DNA of 64,000 nucleotides from an uncultured Lachnospiraceae bacterium (GTDB lineage: Bacteria > Bacillota > Clostridia > Lachnospirales > Lachnospiraceae). Within the stretch, counting starts at the first letter, position 1, and each line of letters starts with the position of its first letter. A program made the translations under genes and the position numbers. Of this stretch, positions 16,329 through 25,671 are shown piece by piece. The DNA lies in contig CAYWHY010000001.1 of the NCBI GenBank assembly GCA_964458255.1, positions 14,066-78,065 on the forward strand, given 5' to 3'. Below the pieces are notes generated by a model. That model was given only the letters and a program-made list of their open reading frames with translations, was not told where the DNA came from and searched no databases.

Positions 16329-18194
16329 ATGAAGCAGGAAACAGCCAGAGCAAACAGCAAAACTGCATATTGGAAAAATAACAGAATATGCCGTCTGATG
16401 GCAGCAGGTATATTAGGATTTTTATTTGCCTGTGCCCTGCCCGCCATGCTTTTGGCAGAGGGAGATATGCTTGGTTATACCAACAGTATACTTTCTGTTT
16501 TTGTGTGGTTTGGTGCCTCTTATCTGATGAACCGCATATTGCAAAAAGACTTTGAGCGCAGCGTAAAGAAATGGTTTGTGCCCGGTCTGTTTTCCTTATT
16601 GTTTTCTGTGTGCATGGTATTTGGAGCACAGCTGGAAAAAAAGGAAAGCATTGCTTTTGCCAAGCTTGGTTTGTGGGTGAGCATTGTAGTACTTGGGATT
16701 TGTTTTACTCTGACAGTAAGATATTTCTGGGATTTGTTTTTGGATTTTAAGACAAATGCCTCCGGAAAAGAGACAGGCAAGGAGAACGGGGAAGAGGTCA
16801 CTGCGGGAGAAAAGAAACAAAACCGGCGAAGCTTTTTCCTGACCGCAGTCGCAATTTTTCTGTGTTATGTTCCCGTATTCTTAGCGGTATATCCCGGATT
16901 TTTCGTATATGATGCACAGGACGAGCTGATGCAGGTGATTACCAGAAATTTTTCCACCCATCATCCCCTTATTCATGTCCTTATGATGGGCGGCATTATT
17001 CAGCTTGTATATAAAATAACCGGCTCCTACAATTTGGGAATTGCATGCTATACCTTATTTCAGATGGCGGTGCTTTCGGGGATTTTTTCTTATGTAATCT
17101 GCCGTCTTAAAAAAGAAGGCATGAAAAAGGCGGGGAGAATTGGTATCGCATTATACTTTGGTTTATTTCCCACAATAGTGATGTTTTCCCTCTGCTCCGC
17201 AAAAGACGGCCTTTTTACGGGGATGGTGCTGCTGCTTCTTCTTATGTTCCGTGAGTTGTTACAAAATCCACAGAGCTTTTTTGAGAAGAAGGTTCATGTG
17301 TTTTTGCTTGCGGGAGCAGCTCTTGGCATGATGCTTCTTCGCCACAATGGTTATTATGCGTTTCTGGTATTTGTGGTGTTTCTTGCACTGACCGGTAAAA
17401 TGACAGGACTTTTTAAAGTGTGGAAGAAGCTGCTTGGGATATTTGCGATTGTTGTAGCCGGATATATACTGATAAATACGGCAATGACTTTTGTATTACA
17501 GGCGGATGCTTCCGAAAATCAGGAGTTGTTGACAGTGCCGATTCAGCAGATGGCAAGAGTGTATGTAAACGAAGGCGACACTTTAACCGAAGAAGACAGA
17601 AATGCATTATATGAAATTTTGCCGAAGGAAGCACTTGTGCGTTACGTGCCGAAGGTTTCCGACGGGGTAAAAATAGATTTTAACAATGAGGCTTATGCGG
17701 CGAATCCTTCCAGGTATTTAAAACTTTGGTTAAAACTGGGAGCGGAGCATCCGTTTACTTATCTGAATGCATGGTTTATGACCTCTTACGGATTTTGGTA
17801 TCCCGATGCGGTAATTGATGTATATCGCGGAAACAGCGTTTTTACCTTTACTTATGGCGACAGCTCTTATTTTGGGTTTGAGGTAGAGCTGCCCGGCGAG
17901 CGTCAAAGCAGGCTGCCGTTGCTTAAGGAAGTGTACAGAAACATGTCACTTGAAATTTTCCAACAGAAAGTGCCGGTGCTTTCCATGCTGTTTTCGCCCG
18001 GTTTCCTTTTCTGGGTAACTGCGTTTGTACTTGGCTTTTTCTGGTATGTGGGAGATTATAAGAGATTATTCCCCTATGTACTGCCGCTCTTCTTGTGGCT
18101 TACCGTAATTTTGGGTCCGACCTATTTGGTAAGATATGTTGTATTTTTATGGTTTCTGCTGCCGGTTCTGATTTGGGACTTGTGGAATGTCTGA
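16329..18194 (+). CDS. DUF6020-like polytopic membrane protein (GT-C-like)
   Basis: YPGFFVYDAQD, STHHPLIH, AKDGLF, LRHNG, VPIQQMAR, VRY. Start moved to ATG 16329. Confidence 0.65.
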   Translation: MKQETARANSKTAYWKNNRICRLMAAGILGFLFACALPAMLLAEGDMLGYTNSILSVFVWFGASYLMNRILQKDFERSVKKWFVPGLFSLLFSVCMVFGAQLEKKESIAFAKLGLWVSIVVLGICFTLTVRYFWDLFLDFKTNASGKETGKENGEEVTAGEKKQNRRSFFLTAVAIFLCYVPVFLAVYPGFFVYDAQDELMQVITRNFSTHHPLIHVLMMGGIIQLVYKITGSYNLGIACYTLFQMAVLSGIFSYVICRLKKEGMKKAGRIGIALYFGLFPTIVMFSLCSAKDGLFTGMVLLLLLMFRELLQNPQSFFEKKVHVFLLAGAALGMMLLRHNGYYAFLVFVVFLALTGKMTGLFKVWKKLLGIFAIVVAGYILINTAMTFVLQADASENQELLTVPIQQMARVYVNEGDTLTEEDRNALYEILPKEALVRYVPKVSDGVKIDFNNEAYAANPSRYLKLWLKLGAEHPFTYLNAWFMTSYGFWYPDAVIDVYRGNSVFTFTYGDSSYFGFEVELPGERQSRLPLLKEVYRNMSLEIFQQKVPVLSMLFSPGFLFWVTAFVLGFFWYVGDYKRLFPYVLPLFLWLTVILGPTYLVRYVVFLWFLLPVLIWDLWNV

Positions 18195-18215
18195 AATCGT
18201 TTCGCCCGGAGGGAT

Positions 18216-18244
18216 TTGATAATTGAAAACAACTGTGGTATACT
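18216..18244 (+). promoter_or_regulatory. Putative sigmaA promoter
   Basis: TTGATA (18216-18221), 17-nt spacer, TG-G-TATACT (18236-18244). Confidence 0.65.
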
Positions 18245-18281
18245 TACGCAGGGTTAATAAGAGATAAATGAGGAATTCTCA

Positions 18282-20753
18282 ATGAAGAAAATTTTGTATC
18301 AGAGCAAAGCAATTCAAATAGTAATCTGCATCATAGCGTTAATGTTCCTTGTGTCATTATGGCCCTTGCGCATCTGGCAGGAGAGAGTAACTTCCTCCGT
18401 GGAGTCTCAGACAGGAACGATTACACAGGTAATTAATGAAGAAAGCACCGTGCTTCAGACAATCGTGGCTCAGTATGGCCATATGGATACCATTGATGTA
18501 TATTTGGGAGAAGACAGTGTCGGAGAGACTTTTTATCTTCGTATTCTGGATGAAGAATGGCAGCAGGTCTGTGAGGAAAAAGCGGTAATAGACAAAGAAA
18601 ATCTTCCGGGATATCAAGAGGTTTTGATTGATATTGACATGGAAGTGGGCAAGATGTATTACATCATTTTGCAGGGAAATGAGTCTGAGATTTTTGCAGG
18701 ATGTGAATTGGTACCTCTTACGGATATGCCTTACTTGGGAATTTTGTATTATGCCGATACGCCGGTGGATGGTATGAGCCTTGTGGCAGATTATAATTAC
18801 AGTGTTCCGCTCAGAAAGGATAAGGTATTTGTATTCGGCACTCTGACGGTACTTATTGCTGCATTGCTTCTTTTTGCGGTAAAAACGGTTTATAAGAAAA
18901 AGGAAGATAAACAGGTAACGGTAGAAAAAGTATTTAAAAATATCATGAATCCCATAGTTATCATTTTTGCCGTAGTGAGTCTTGTCGCTGTGGTAACAGG
19001 TACATTTGGAAATTATGTGTTGGATAATACCGTATTTTTTGTCAGTGTTGTTTTTTTGTCAGCAATTTTGCTCTACGGAATCAACCATAGCAGAGAGGGA
19101 CAGGAACCGGTTTTTACATGGGATTATATTAAAACCCATGCAGGCGATTTGGTACAGTCTGTGGGCATTGCAGGTGCCATTGCAGGCTGTTGCGAGTATA
19201 TGAACGGATTGTATGACATCCATCATTCCGTGGCAGAGAGAAAGGAAATGCTGTGGCTTTCCCTGGCTGTAATAGCCATGTTTCAGTGGAAAGAGATTGT
19301 AAATATTTACAACGCAATTTATCTGGTGGCAGCAGGTCTGTACGGTTATCATTATTACCGGACGCATTTCACACCGGAAATGGATGAACTTGAAATACAG
19401 GTGCTTAAATATACCGTTTGGATTGCTGCTTTGGTTGGACTTATTGTTATCAGAACCGTAATCGGTCTGTTTAGAAAAAAACTTACAAGACCTGCTTATC
19501 GATACACAGGTCTGCTTGCTGTGTTCTTTGCACTTATAATCATTAACAGAAACGGCAGATGGTGGGGCGTAGCCATGGTGGTTGCTTTTACCCTCTTTTA
19601 TCTCAATTACGGCATGTGGGAGCATAAGGAGAGATTGCTTGTAAATATTGTAAGAGGTGTGGTATTCCAGTTTGTGTGGTCTACGGGCTATTGCCTTTTA
19701 CATCGTCCTTATGTAAGTTATCGAAATGCAAGATATACCCATATTTTCCATACCGTAACCATTACGGCAACGTATCTTACCATGGTGGAATGTGTGGCGG
19801 CAGTGCTTCTTCTTTGTAAGCTTGCAAAGAGCCGCAAATTAAAAGATATATGGAAAGAATTGACATTTTTTGGTGTGGTTTCTTCTTATATGGTATTTAC
19901 TATGGCAAGAACCGCATTTCTGGCAGTAGGTGTGGCAATGCTGTTTGCACTTGTAATGATGAGTGCAGGAAAAGGAAAAAAGAAAATTATCTGCTGGGGA
20001 AAAAATTTAGGACTTATGACTCTTGCGGTAGTGATATGTTTGCCGGTTACTTTTACGGTGCAGAGAAATCTTCCTGCACTTGTCAGTGATCCTTATTTGC
20101 ACGAGATAGAATATTCCATGTATTGTCCCGAGGATGTTATGCGTGGCAGAAGATTGAACTCTGTAAACTTTATGAGAGTAGGACGTTTTATTGATGTGTT
20201 TGCTGAGAAAATTTTCAGTCTTCCGGAAGGTACTTTCGATGTATATGGCGAGCATAGAGCAGCCCGAATCAGAAAAGGATTGGAAACTGCGGAAATTCCC
20301 GGCATTGCTGACAGTTCAAAGCTGGTTGCAAGTGTGGATTATGTGCCGATGCCGGAGGAGGCAGAAAAAGAGGATGATTATACCAATGGAAGATTAGATA
20401 TTTTCCGTTCTTATATAGAGCAGTCTGATATGACAGGTCATGAAGAAATGGGTGCCGTTCTGGCAAACGGAGAAATTGCGACCCACGCACACAATATTTA
20501 CCTTCAGGTCATTTATGATCACGGAATTCCTGTGGGAATTGTGTTTATTCTGGTAGGAATTGTGACCTTTATCAATGCCTGCTTGTATTATGGTAAAAAA
20601 AAGGAAACAATAACATATGCGGCATTACCGGCAGTTATTACCATAACCGTGGCAACGGCAGGTATGGTGGAATGGATTTTCCATGTAAGTAATCCCTGCG
20701 GACTGCTTCTGATGCTTGTTATTACACCGCTTATATTTAAAAATGAAGGTTAA
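18282..20753 (+). CDS. O-antigen ligase / oligosaccharyltransferase-like (Wzy_C) membrane protein with an extra N-terminal extracellular domain
   Basis: TMARTAFLA (S/T-R-x-A), NGRLDIF, HAHNIYLQVIYDHGIPVG (HN..L...G..G), many TMs. Confidence 0.7.
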   Translation: MKKILYQSKAIQIVICIIALMFLVSLWPLRIWQERVTSSVESQTGTITQVINEESTVLQTIVAQYGHMDTIDVYLGEDSVGETFYLRILDEEWQQVCEEKAVIDKENLPGYQEVLIDIDMEVGKMYYIILQGNESEIFAGCELVPLTDMPYLGILYYADTPVDGMSLVADYNYSVPLRKDKVFVFGTLTVLIAALLLFAVKTVYKKKEDKQVTVEKVFKNIMNPIVIIFAVVSLVAVVTGTFGNYVLDNTVFFVSVVFLSAILLYGINHSREGQEPVFTWDYIKTHAGDLVQSVGIAGAIAGCCEYMNGLYDIHHSVAERKEMLWLSLAVIAMFQWKEIVNIYNAIYLVAAGLYGYHYYRTHFTPEMDELEIQVLKYTVWIAALVGLIVIRTVIGLFRKKLTRPAYRYTGLLAVFFALIIINRNGRWWGVAMVVAFTLFYLNYGMWEHKERLLVNIVRGVVFQFVWSTGYCLLHRPYVSYRNARYTHIFHTVTITATYLTMVECVAAVLLLCKLAKSRKLKDIWKELTFFGVVSSYMVFTMARTAFLAVGVAMLFALVMMSAGKGKKKIICWGKNLGLMTLAVVICLPVTFTVQRNLPALVSDPYLHEIEYSMYCPEDVMRGRRLNSVNFMRVGRFIDVFAEKIFSLPEGTFDVYGEHRAARIRKGLETAEIPGIADSSKLVASVDYVPMPEEAEKEDDYTNGRLDIFRSYIEQSDMTGHEEMGAVLANGEIATHAHNIYLQVIYDHGIPVGIVFILVGIVTFINACLYYGKKKETITYAALPAVITITVATAGMVEWIFHVSNPCGLLLMLVITPLIFKNEG

Positions 20754-20756
20754 ACC

Positions 20757-22646
20757 ATGAGTGAAGAAACCAAAAAAGTTAGAAAACCATTTAATGTAAA
20801 ATTGTTATATCGAAGAACCTGTCTGATTGTATATGATATTATCAGTGTAATCGGAGCAAGCTATCTGGCTCTTCTGATGCGTTATAATTTTGATATGTCA
20901 GAGATACCGGAGTATTTTATTGCGCCTATCAACAGGTTCCTTCCCATTAATATTGTTCTTACCCTGCTTATCCTTTATATATTCAGAATGTACCACAGCC
21001 TGTGGGCTTTTGCGGGTGAGACGGAGCTTCAGAATCTGGTAATTTCCAGTGCAATATCGGCTGTCTGCTACAGCGTGGGTATTCAGTTCTTTAAGACGGA
21101 CGGACAGTTGGCGGTTCCGGGAAGTTACTATTTCCTGTATGTTTTTTCCCTAATGGCGTTTCTGTTTGTAAGCCGTTTTTCCTACCGCTTTTTCAGAAGC
21201 TTAAAGCATAAACAGCAAAACAAAAACAATGGCATATCCGTTATGGTAATCGGCGCGGGAGAAGCTGCCAATGTCATTATCAAAGAAATTGTGAACAGTA
21301 ATTTCTCCACCATGGTTATCCGTTGTATTATTGATGATGATCCGGGTAAATGGGGCAGATTTATTCAGGGCATTAAAGTAGTAGGGGGCAGAGACAAAAT
21401 TATCGAATGTGCCGATATTTTCGGAATTGATGAAATTATTGTGGCCATGCCTTCCATTTCAAGGGCACAGTTGTCGGAAATTCTTGATATTTGTAAAGAA
21501 ACCAACTGTAAGCTTCGTTCCCTTCCGGGTATGTACCAGTTAGTGAACGGAGAAGTCAGCATCAGTAAGCTGCGTGATGTAGAAGTAGAGGATTTGCTTG
21601 GAAGAGACCCTATTGAAGTTGATTTGGACTCTATTTTAGGCTATGTGAAGGGCAAACGCGTCATGGTTACCGGTGGCGGCGGTTCTATCGGAAGTGAACT
21701 GTGCAGACAGATTGCAAGTCATCAGCCTGCACAGCTGATTATCGTGGATATTTATGAAAACAGCGCTTATGATGTACAGCAGGAGCTCATGGGAAATTAC
21801 CCTGATTTGGATTTGGTGGTACTGATTGCTTCTGTTCGTAATACAAACCGCATGAACAGGATTTTTGAAATCTATAAGCCGGAGATTGTTTACCATGCTG
21901 CTGCCCATAAGCATGTACCACTGATGGAGACAAGTCCCAATGAGGCTATAAAAAATAACGTATTCGGTACTTGGAAGACTGCTTATGCGGCAGCCATGAA
22001 CGGCACAAAGCGTTTTGTGATGATTTCTACGGATAAGGCGGTAAATCCTACCAATATTATGGGAGCCAGCAAGCGTATCTGTGAAATGATTATCCAGACC
22101 TTTAATAAACATTATGATACAGAGTTTGTGGCAGTCCGTTTTGGCAACGTGCTCGGCAGTAACGGCAGTGTCATTCCGCTTTTTAAAAAGCAGATTATGG
22201 CAGGCGGACCGGTTACCGTTACGCATCCTGATATTATCCGTTATTTTATGACGATTCCTGAGGCGGTATCACTGGTGCTTCAGGCAGGTGCCTATGCCAA
22301 GGGCGGTGAAATTTTTGTGCTGGATATGGGAAAACCGGTAAAGATTCTGGATTTGGCAAAGAATTTAATCCGTTTGTCCGGTTATCGTGTGGATGAGGAT
22401 ATTAAGATTGAGTTTACAGGACTTCGTCCCGGGGAAAAATTATATGAGGAGCTTCTGATGGCAGAGGAAGGTATGAAAGAGACTGCCAATAAGCTGATTC
22501 ATATCGGAAAGCCGATAGAGATTGATGAGATGCAGTTTTTTGCCCAGCTCAAAAACCTGAAAGAGGCGTCCAAGAATGAAAGTACCGATATCAGAGAAAT
22601 GATTAAAGAAATTGTTCCCACCTATAATTATAAAAAGGAAGTGTAA
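20757..22646 (+). CDS. UDP-GlcNAc 4,6-dehydratase (PglF/CapD/WbpM-type)
   Basis: Four N-terminal TMs; VIGAGEA, EDLLGR, TGGGGSIGSELCRQ, HAAAHKHVPLME, STDKAVNPTNIMGASKR, RFGNVLGSNGSV, RPGEKLYEEL. Confidence 0.93.
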   Translation: MSEETKKVRKPFNVKLLYRRTCLIVYDIISVIGASYLALLMRYNFDMSEIPEYFIAPINRFLPINIVLTLLILYIFRMYHSLWAFAGETELQNLVISSAISAVCYSVGIQFFKTDGQLAVPGSYYFLYVFSLMAFLFVSRFSYRFFRSLKHKQQNKNNGISVMVIGAGEAANVIIKEIVNSNFSTMVIRCIIDDDPGKWGRFIQGIKVVGGRDKIIECADIFGIDEIIVAMPSISRAQLSEILDICKETNCKLRSLPGMYQLVNGEVSISKLRDVEVEDLLGRDPIEVDLDSILGYVKGKRVMVTGGGGSIGSELCRQIASHQPAQLIIVDIYENSAYDVQQELMGNYPDLDLVVLIASVRNTNRMNRIFEIYKPEIVYHAAAHKHVPLMETSPNEAIKNNVFGTWKTAYAAAMNGTKRFVMISTDKAVNPTNIMGASKRICEMIIQTFNKHYDTEFVAVRFGNVLGSNGSVIPLFKKQIMAGGPVTVTHPDIIRYFMTIPEAVSLVLQAGAYAKGGEIFVLDMGKPVKILDLAKNLIRLSGYRVDEDIKIEFTGLRPGEKLYEELLMAEEGMKETANKLIHIGKPIEIDEMQFFAQLKNLKEASKNESTDIREMIKEIVPTYNYKKEV

Positions 22647-22651
22647 AGCGA

Positions 22652-23842
22652 ATGGATAAAAAGAGAATTTATTTATCCTCTCCCACCATGCATGGGGAAG
22701 AACAGAAATTTATACAGGAAGCATTTGATACCAACTGGGTAGCACCTGTTGGACCTAATGTAAATGCGCTAGAGAAAGAGATGGCAGATTACACAGGTGC
22801 AGGTTATGCGGCAGCTTTAAGTTCCGGAACAGCAGCGATTCATCTGGCACTTCGTGTTTTGGGAATCGGGGAAGGTGATGTGGTCTTTGTATCAAGCCTG
22901 ACCTTCAGTGCGACCTGTAATCCGGTTGTATATGAAAAAGCAACTCCCGTTTTTATTGATTCCGAGGAGGATACCTGGAATATGTCCCCGAAGGCTCTTA
23001 AGAAGGCTTTTGAGAAGTATCCGAATCCCAAGGCGGTCATAGTGGTTCATCTTTACGGTACACCGGCAAAATTAGATGAAATCATGGAAATCTGTAAGGA
23101 ACATAAGGTACCTTTGGTGGAGGATGCAGCAGAGTCCTTAAGCAGTACTTACAAGGGGAAGCAAACGGGCACCTTTGGAAAAGCAGGTATTTATTCCTTT
23201 AACGGAAATAAAATTATTACGACATCAGGTGATGGTATGCTGGTTTCCGATGAGGAAGAAATTACCAAAAAAGCAACCTTCCTTGCCACGCAGGCAAGGG
23301 ATGCGGCAAGGCATTACCAACATTCCCAGATTGGCTATAATTACCGGATGAGCAATATTACCGCAGGAATCGGAAGAGGACAGCTGCTTCATTTAGATGA
23401 ACATAAGGCTTTAAAGAAGGAGATTTACAGGCAGTATAAGGAAGCCTTTGCGGATATTGAGGAGCTTGCCATGAATCCCCTTAACCCGGACGGAGATGCC
23501 AACTGCTGGCTGTCCTGTATGACAATTAGGGAAGGCTGTGAGGTAACGCCGAATCAGATTATGGATGCACTGGAAGCGGAAAATATTGAATCAAGGCCGA
23601 TTTGGAAGCCTATGCACCTGCAGCCTGTATTTGCGGAATGTGATTTTGTAACCGAAGAAGGTTTTAAGAGTGATTTGGCTGCCGGTGATATGAGCGGACA
23701 GGAAAAAGGCACACATTGCAGTATGGCAAGTGTATCAGAGGATATTTTTAACAGAGGGTTATGTCTTCCCAGCGACATCAAGAATACAGATGAGGATATG
23801 CAGAGAATCATTGGCATTGTGCGCAGTTGTTTCGGAAAGTAA
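22652..23842 (+). CDS. DegT/DnrJ sugar aminotransferase (PglE/EpsN-type)
   Basis: IYLSSPTM, SSGTAAIHLAL, EDAAESL, SFNGNKIITTS, GYNYRMSN, SRPIWKPMHLQP, GLCLPS. Confidence 0.92.
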   Translation: MDKKRIYLSSPTMHGEEQKFIQEAFDTNWVAPVGPNVNALEKEMADYTGAGYAAALSSGTAAIHLALRVLGIGEGDVVFVSSLTFSATCNPVVYEKATPVFIDSEEDTWNMSPKALKKAFEKYPNPKAVIVVHLYGTPAKLDEIMEICKEHKVPLVEDAAESLSSTYKGKQTGTFGKAGIYSFNGNKIITTSGDGMLVSDEEEITKKATFLATQARDAARHYQHSQIGYNYRMSNITAGIGRGQLLHLDEHKALKKEIYRQYKEAFADIEELAMNPLNPDGDANCWLSCMTIREGCEVTPNQIMDALEAENIESRPIWKPMHLQPVFAECDFVTEEGFKSDLAAGDMSGQEKGTHCSMASVSEDIFNRGLCLPSDIKNTDEDMQRIIGIVRSCFGK

Positions 23843-23851
23843 GAGAGAAAT

Positions 23852-24475
23852 ATGTACAAAAATTTTGTAAAACGTTTATTGGATATTATCCTTTCCCTTT
23901 GCGGAATCATCATCCTTTCACCCGTTTATCTGATACTGTTTATTATGGTAAGGGTAAAGCTAGGAAGTCCGGTGTTTTTCAGACAGGAAAGACCGGGAAA
24001 GGATGAAAAGATTTTCAGACTTTGTAAGTTTCGTACCATGACCGATGCAAGGGATGAAAACGGAGAACTTTTACCTGACGGCGAGAGATTGACAGAGTTT
24101 GGTAACTTCCTTCGAAGAAGCAGCTTAGATGAGCTGCCTGAGCTTTTTAACATTTTAAAGGGAGATATGAGTCTGATCGGACCGCGTCCGCTTCTGGTAG
24201 GTTATCTTCCCTATTACACAAAGAAAGAACAGCTTCGTCATACGGTGCGTCCGGGGCTTACCGGTCTTGCACAGGTAAGCGGCAGAAACTTTTTAGGCTG
24301 GGATGCGCGTCTTGCAAGGGATGTGGAATATGTAGAAAACCTGTCATTTTTGATGGATGTGAAAATTCTTTTTAAGACCGTTATGGTGGTTTTCAAAAAA
24401 GAGGATGTGGCAGTGGAAACAGAAACAGTGGAAAAGTATTTATGGGAAGAGCGAGAGGCAAGAAGTGATGCGTAG
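23852..24475 (+). CDS. Small monotopic phosphoglycosyl transferase (PglC/EpsL-type)
   Basis: KRLLDI, FRQERPG, KFRTM, SLDELPELFNILKGDMSLIGPRP, RPGLTGLAQVSGRN. Confidence 0.92.
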   Translation: MYKNFVKRLLDIILSLCGIIILSPVYLILFIMVRVKLGSPVFFRQERPGKDEKIFRLCKFRTMTDARDENGELLPDGERLTEFGNFLRRSSLDELPELFNILKGDMSLIGPRPLLVGYLPYYTKKEQLRHTVRPGLTGLAQVSGRNFLGWDARLARDVEYVENLSFLMDVKILFKTVMVVFKKEDVAVETETVEKYLWEEREARSDA

Positions 24476-25640
24476 AGAGGAATTACAGACTCCTTGTTAT
24501 ATCATTCATAAAGAAGAACTTTATGAGGGAATTAATCTGCTTAAAAATTCCCTTTTAAAAGAATGGAAAAATCACTGCGTGGGTTATTCCTTCAAAACCA
24601 ATTCCCTGCCATGGGTAGTGGAAGAGATGAAGAGAGTGGGCTTTTACGCTGAAGTTGTTTCCGAGGATGAGTATGAGCTTGCCTTAAAGCACAAATTTGA
24701 ACATATTATATATAACGGTCCCGTGAAAGGGAAAAAGACCTTTTTTCATGCACTCGAAAGTGGAGCAATCATTAATTTAGATGCCAAAAGAGAACTTGAC
24801 TGGCTTAAGGAAAGCGGCAAAACGGATGTGACCGTGGGGCTTCGTGTAAACTTCAATTTAGAGGAGCTTTGCCCGGGAGAAACCTCCGGCGGGGAGGAAG
24901 GAAGCCGTTTTGGATTTTCTTATGAGACCGGCGAGTTTGAGAAAGTGTTAAAAACACTTGAGGAAATGGGAATCTGCGTATCGGGTTTGCATTTGCACAG
25001 CAGTTCTAAAACAAGAAGTGTGAACATATACAGAGCATTGGCAAAGAAAGCCTGTGAGCTGAAAAAAGAATTTCACTTATCCCTCTCATATGTGGATATC
25101 GGAGGCGGGTATTTCGGCGGAATGGACAACAGACCTAAATTCCCCGATTATATGAAGATTATTGCACAGGAGCTTTCAAAAGAATTTACTCCGGAAGAGA
25201 CTATGCTGATTGTAGAGCCGGGAACTTCGCTCATTACGCCTCCCATCGAATATTTGACGACAGTAACAGATGTAAAACAAACTTATGCGAACTGTATTGT
25301 TACAACGGACGGAAGCAGAATAGACATCGACCCGCAGTATGGGAAAAAGAGCTATTTTCATAAATGGGAGTTTCAGTCGCAGGAACACCGGGAAACGCTT
25401 AAGAAGCAGGTTATTTGCGGCTTTACCTGTATGGAAAACGACAGATTATTTATAGCGGAAGATAAACCGGCGCTGAAAGAGGGAGATCGGATTTCCTATC
25501 AGAAGGTGGGAGGATATACCATGTGCCTGACACCGCTGTTTATCAGATATTTTCCCAATGTCTATTTGGAGGAGGAAGGAAGACACCGCCTGGTAAGAGA
25601 AGCGTGGTCCTGTGAGGAATACAGCCGGAAGAGTTTGTAA
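24468..25640 (+). CDS. PLP-dependent fold-type III decarboxylase (diaminopimelate decarboxylase-like), copy 2
   Basis: YSFKTN, AEVVS, IIYNGP, HLHSS, DIGGGYFGG, EPG, CMEND. Start at ATG 24468. Confidence 0.85.
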   Translation: MRREELQTPCYIIHKEELYEGINLLKNSLLKEWKNHCVGYSFKTNSLPWVVEEMKRVGFYAEVVSEDEYELALKHKFEHIIYNGPVKGKKTFFHALESGAIINLDAKRELDWLKESGKTDVTVGLRVNFNLEELCPGETSGGEEGSRFGFSYETGEFEKVLKTLEEMGICVSGLHLHSSSKTRSVNIYRALAKKACELKKEFHLSLSYVDIGGGYFGGMDNRPKFPDYMKIIAQELSKEFTPEETMLIVEPGTSLITPPIEYLTTVTDVKQTYANCIVTTDGSRIDIDPQYGKKSYFHKWEFQSQEHRETLKKQVICGFTCMENDRLFIAEDKPALKEGDRISYQKVGGYTMCLTPLFIRYFPNVYLEEEGRHRLVREAWSCEEYSRKSL

Positions 25641-25671
25641 CAGACTGTCTTTTGAAAGGATGGAAACTAAC

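Noticed and set aside
361-25640. Labelling the two decarboxylases as lysA, and the ATP-grasp as carB
   Set aside because: The motifs deviate from housekeeping LysA, the ATP-grasp is only about 320 aa, and the context is glycan biosynthesis. Gene symbols were withheld.
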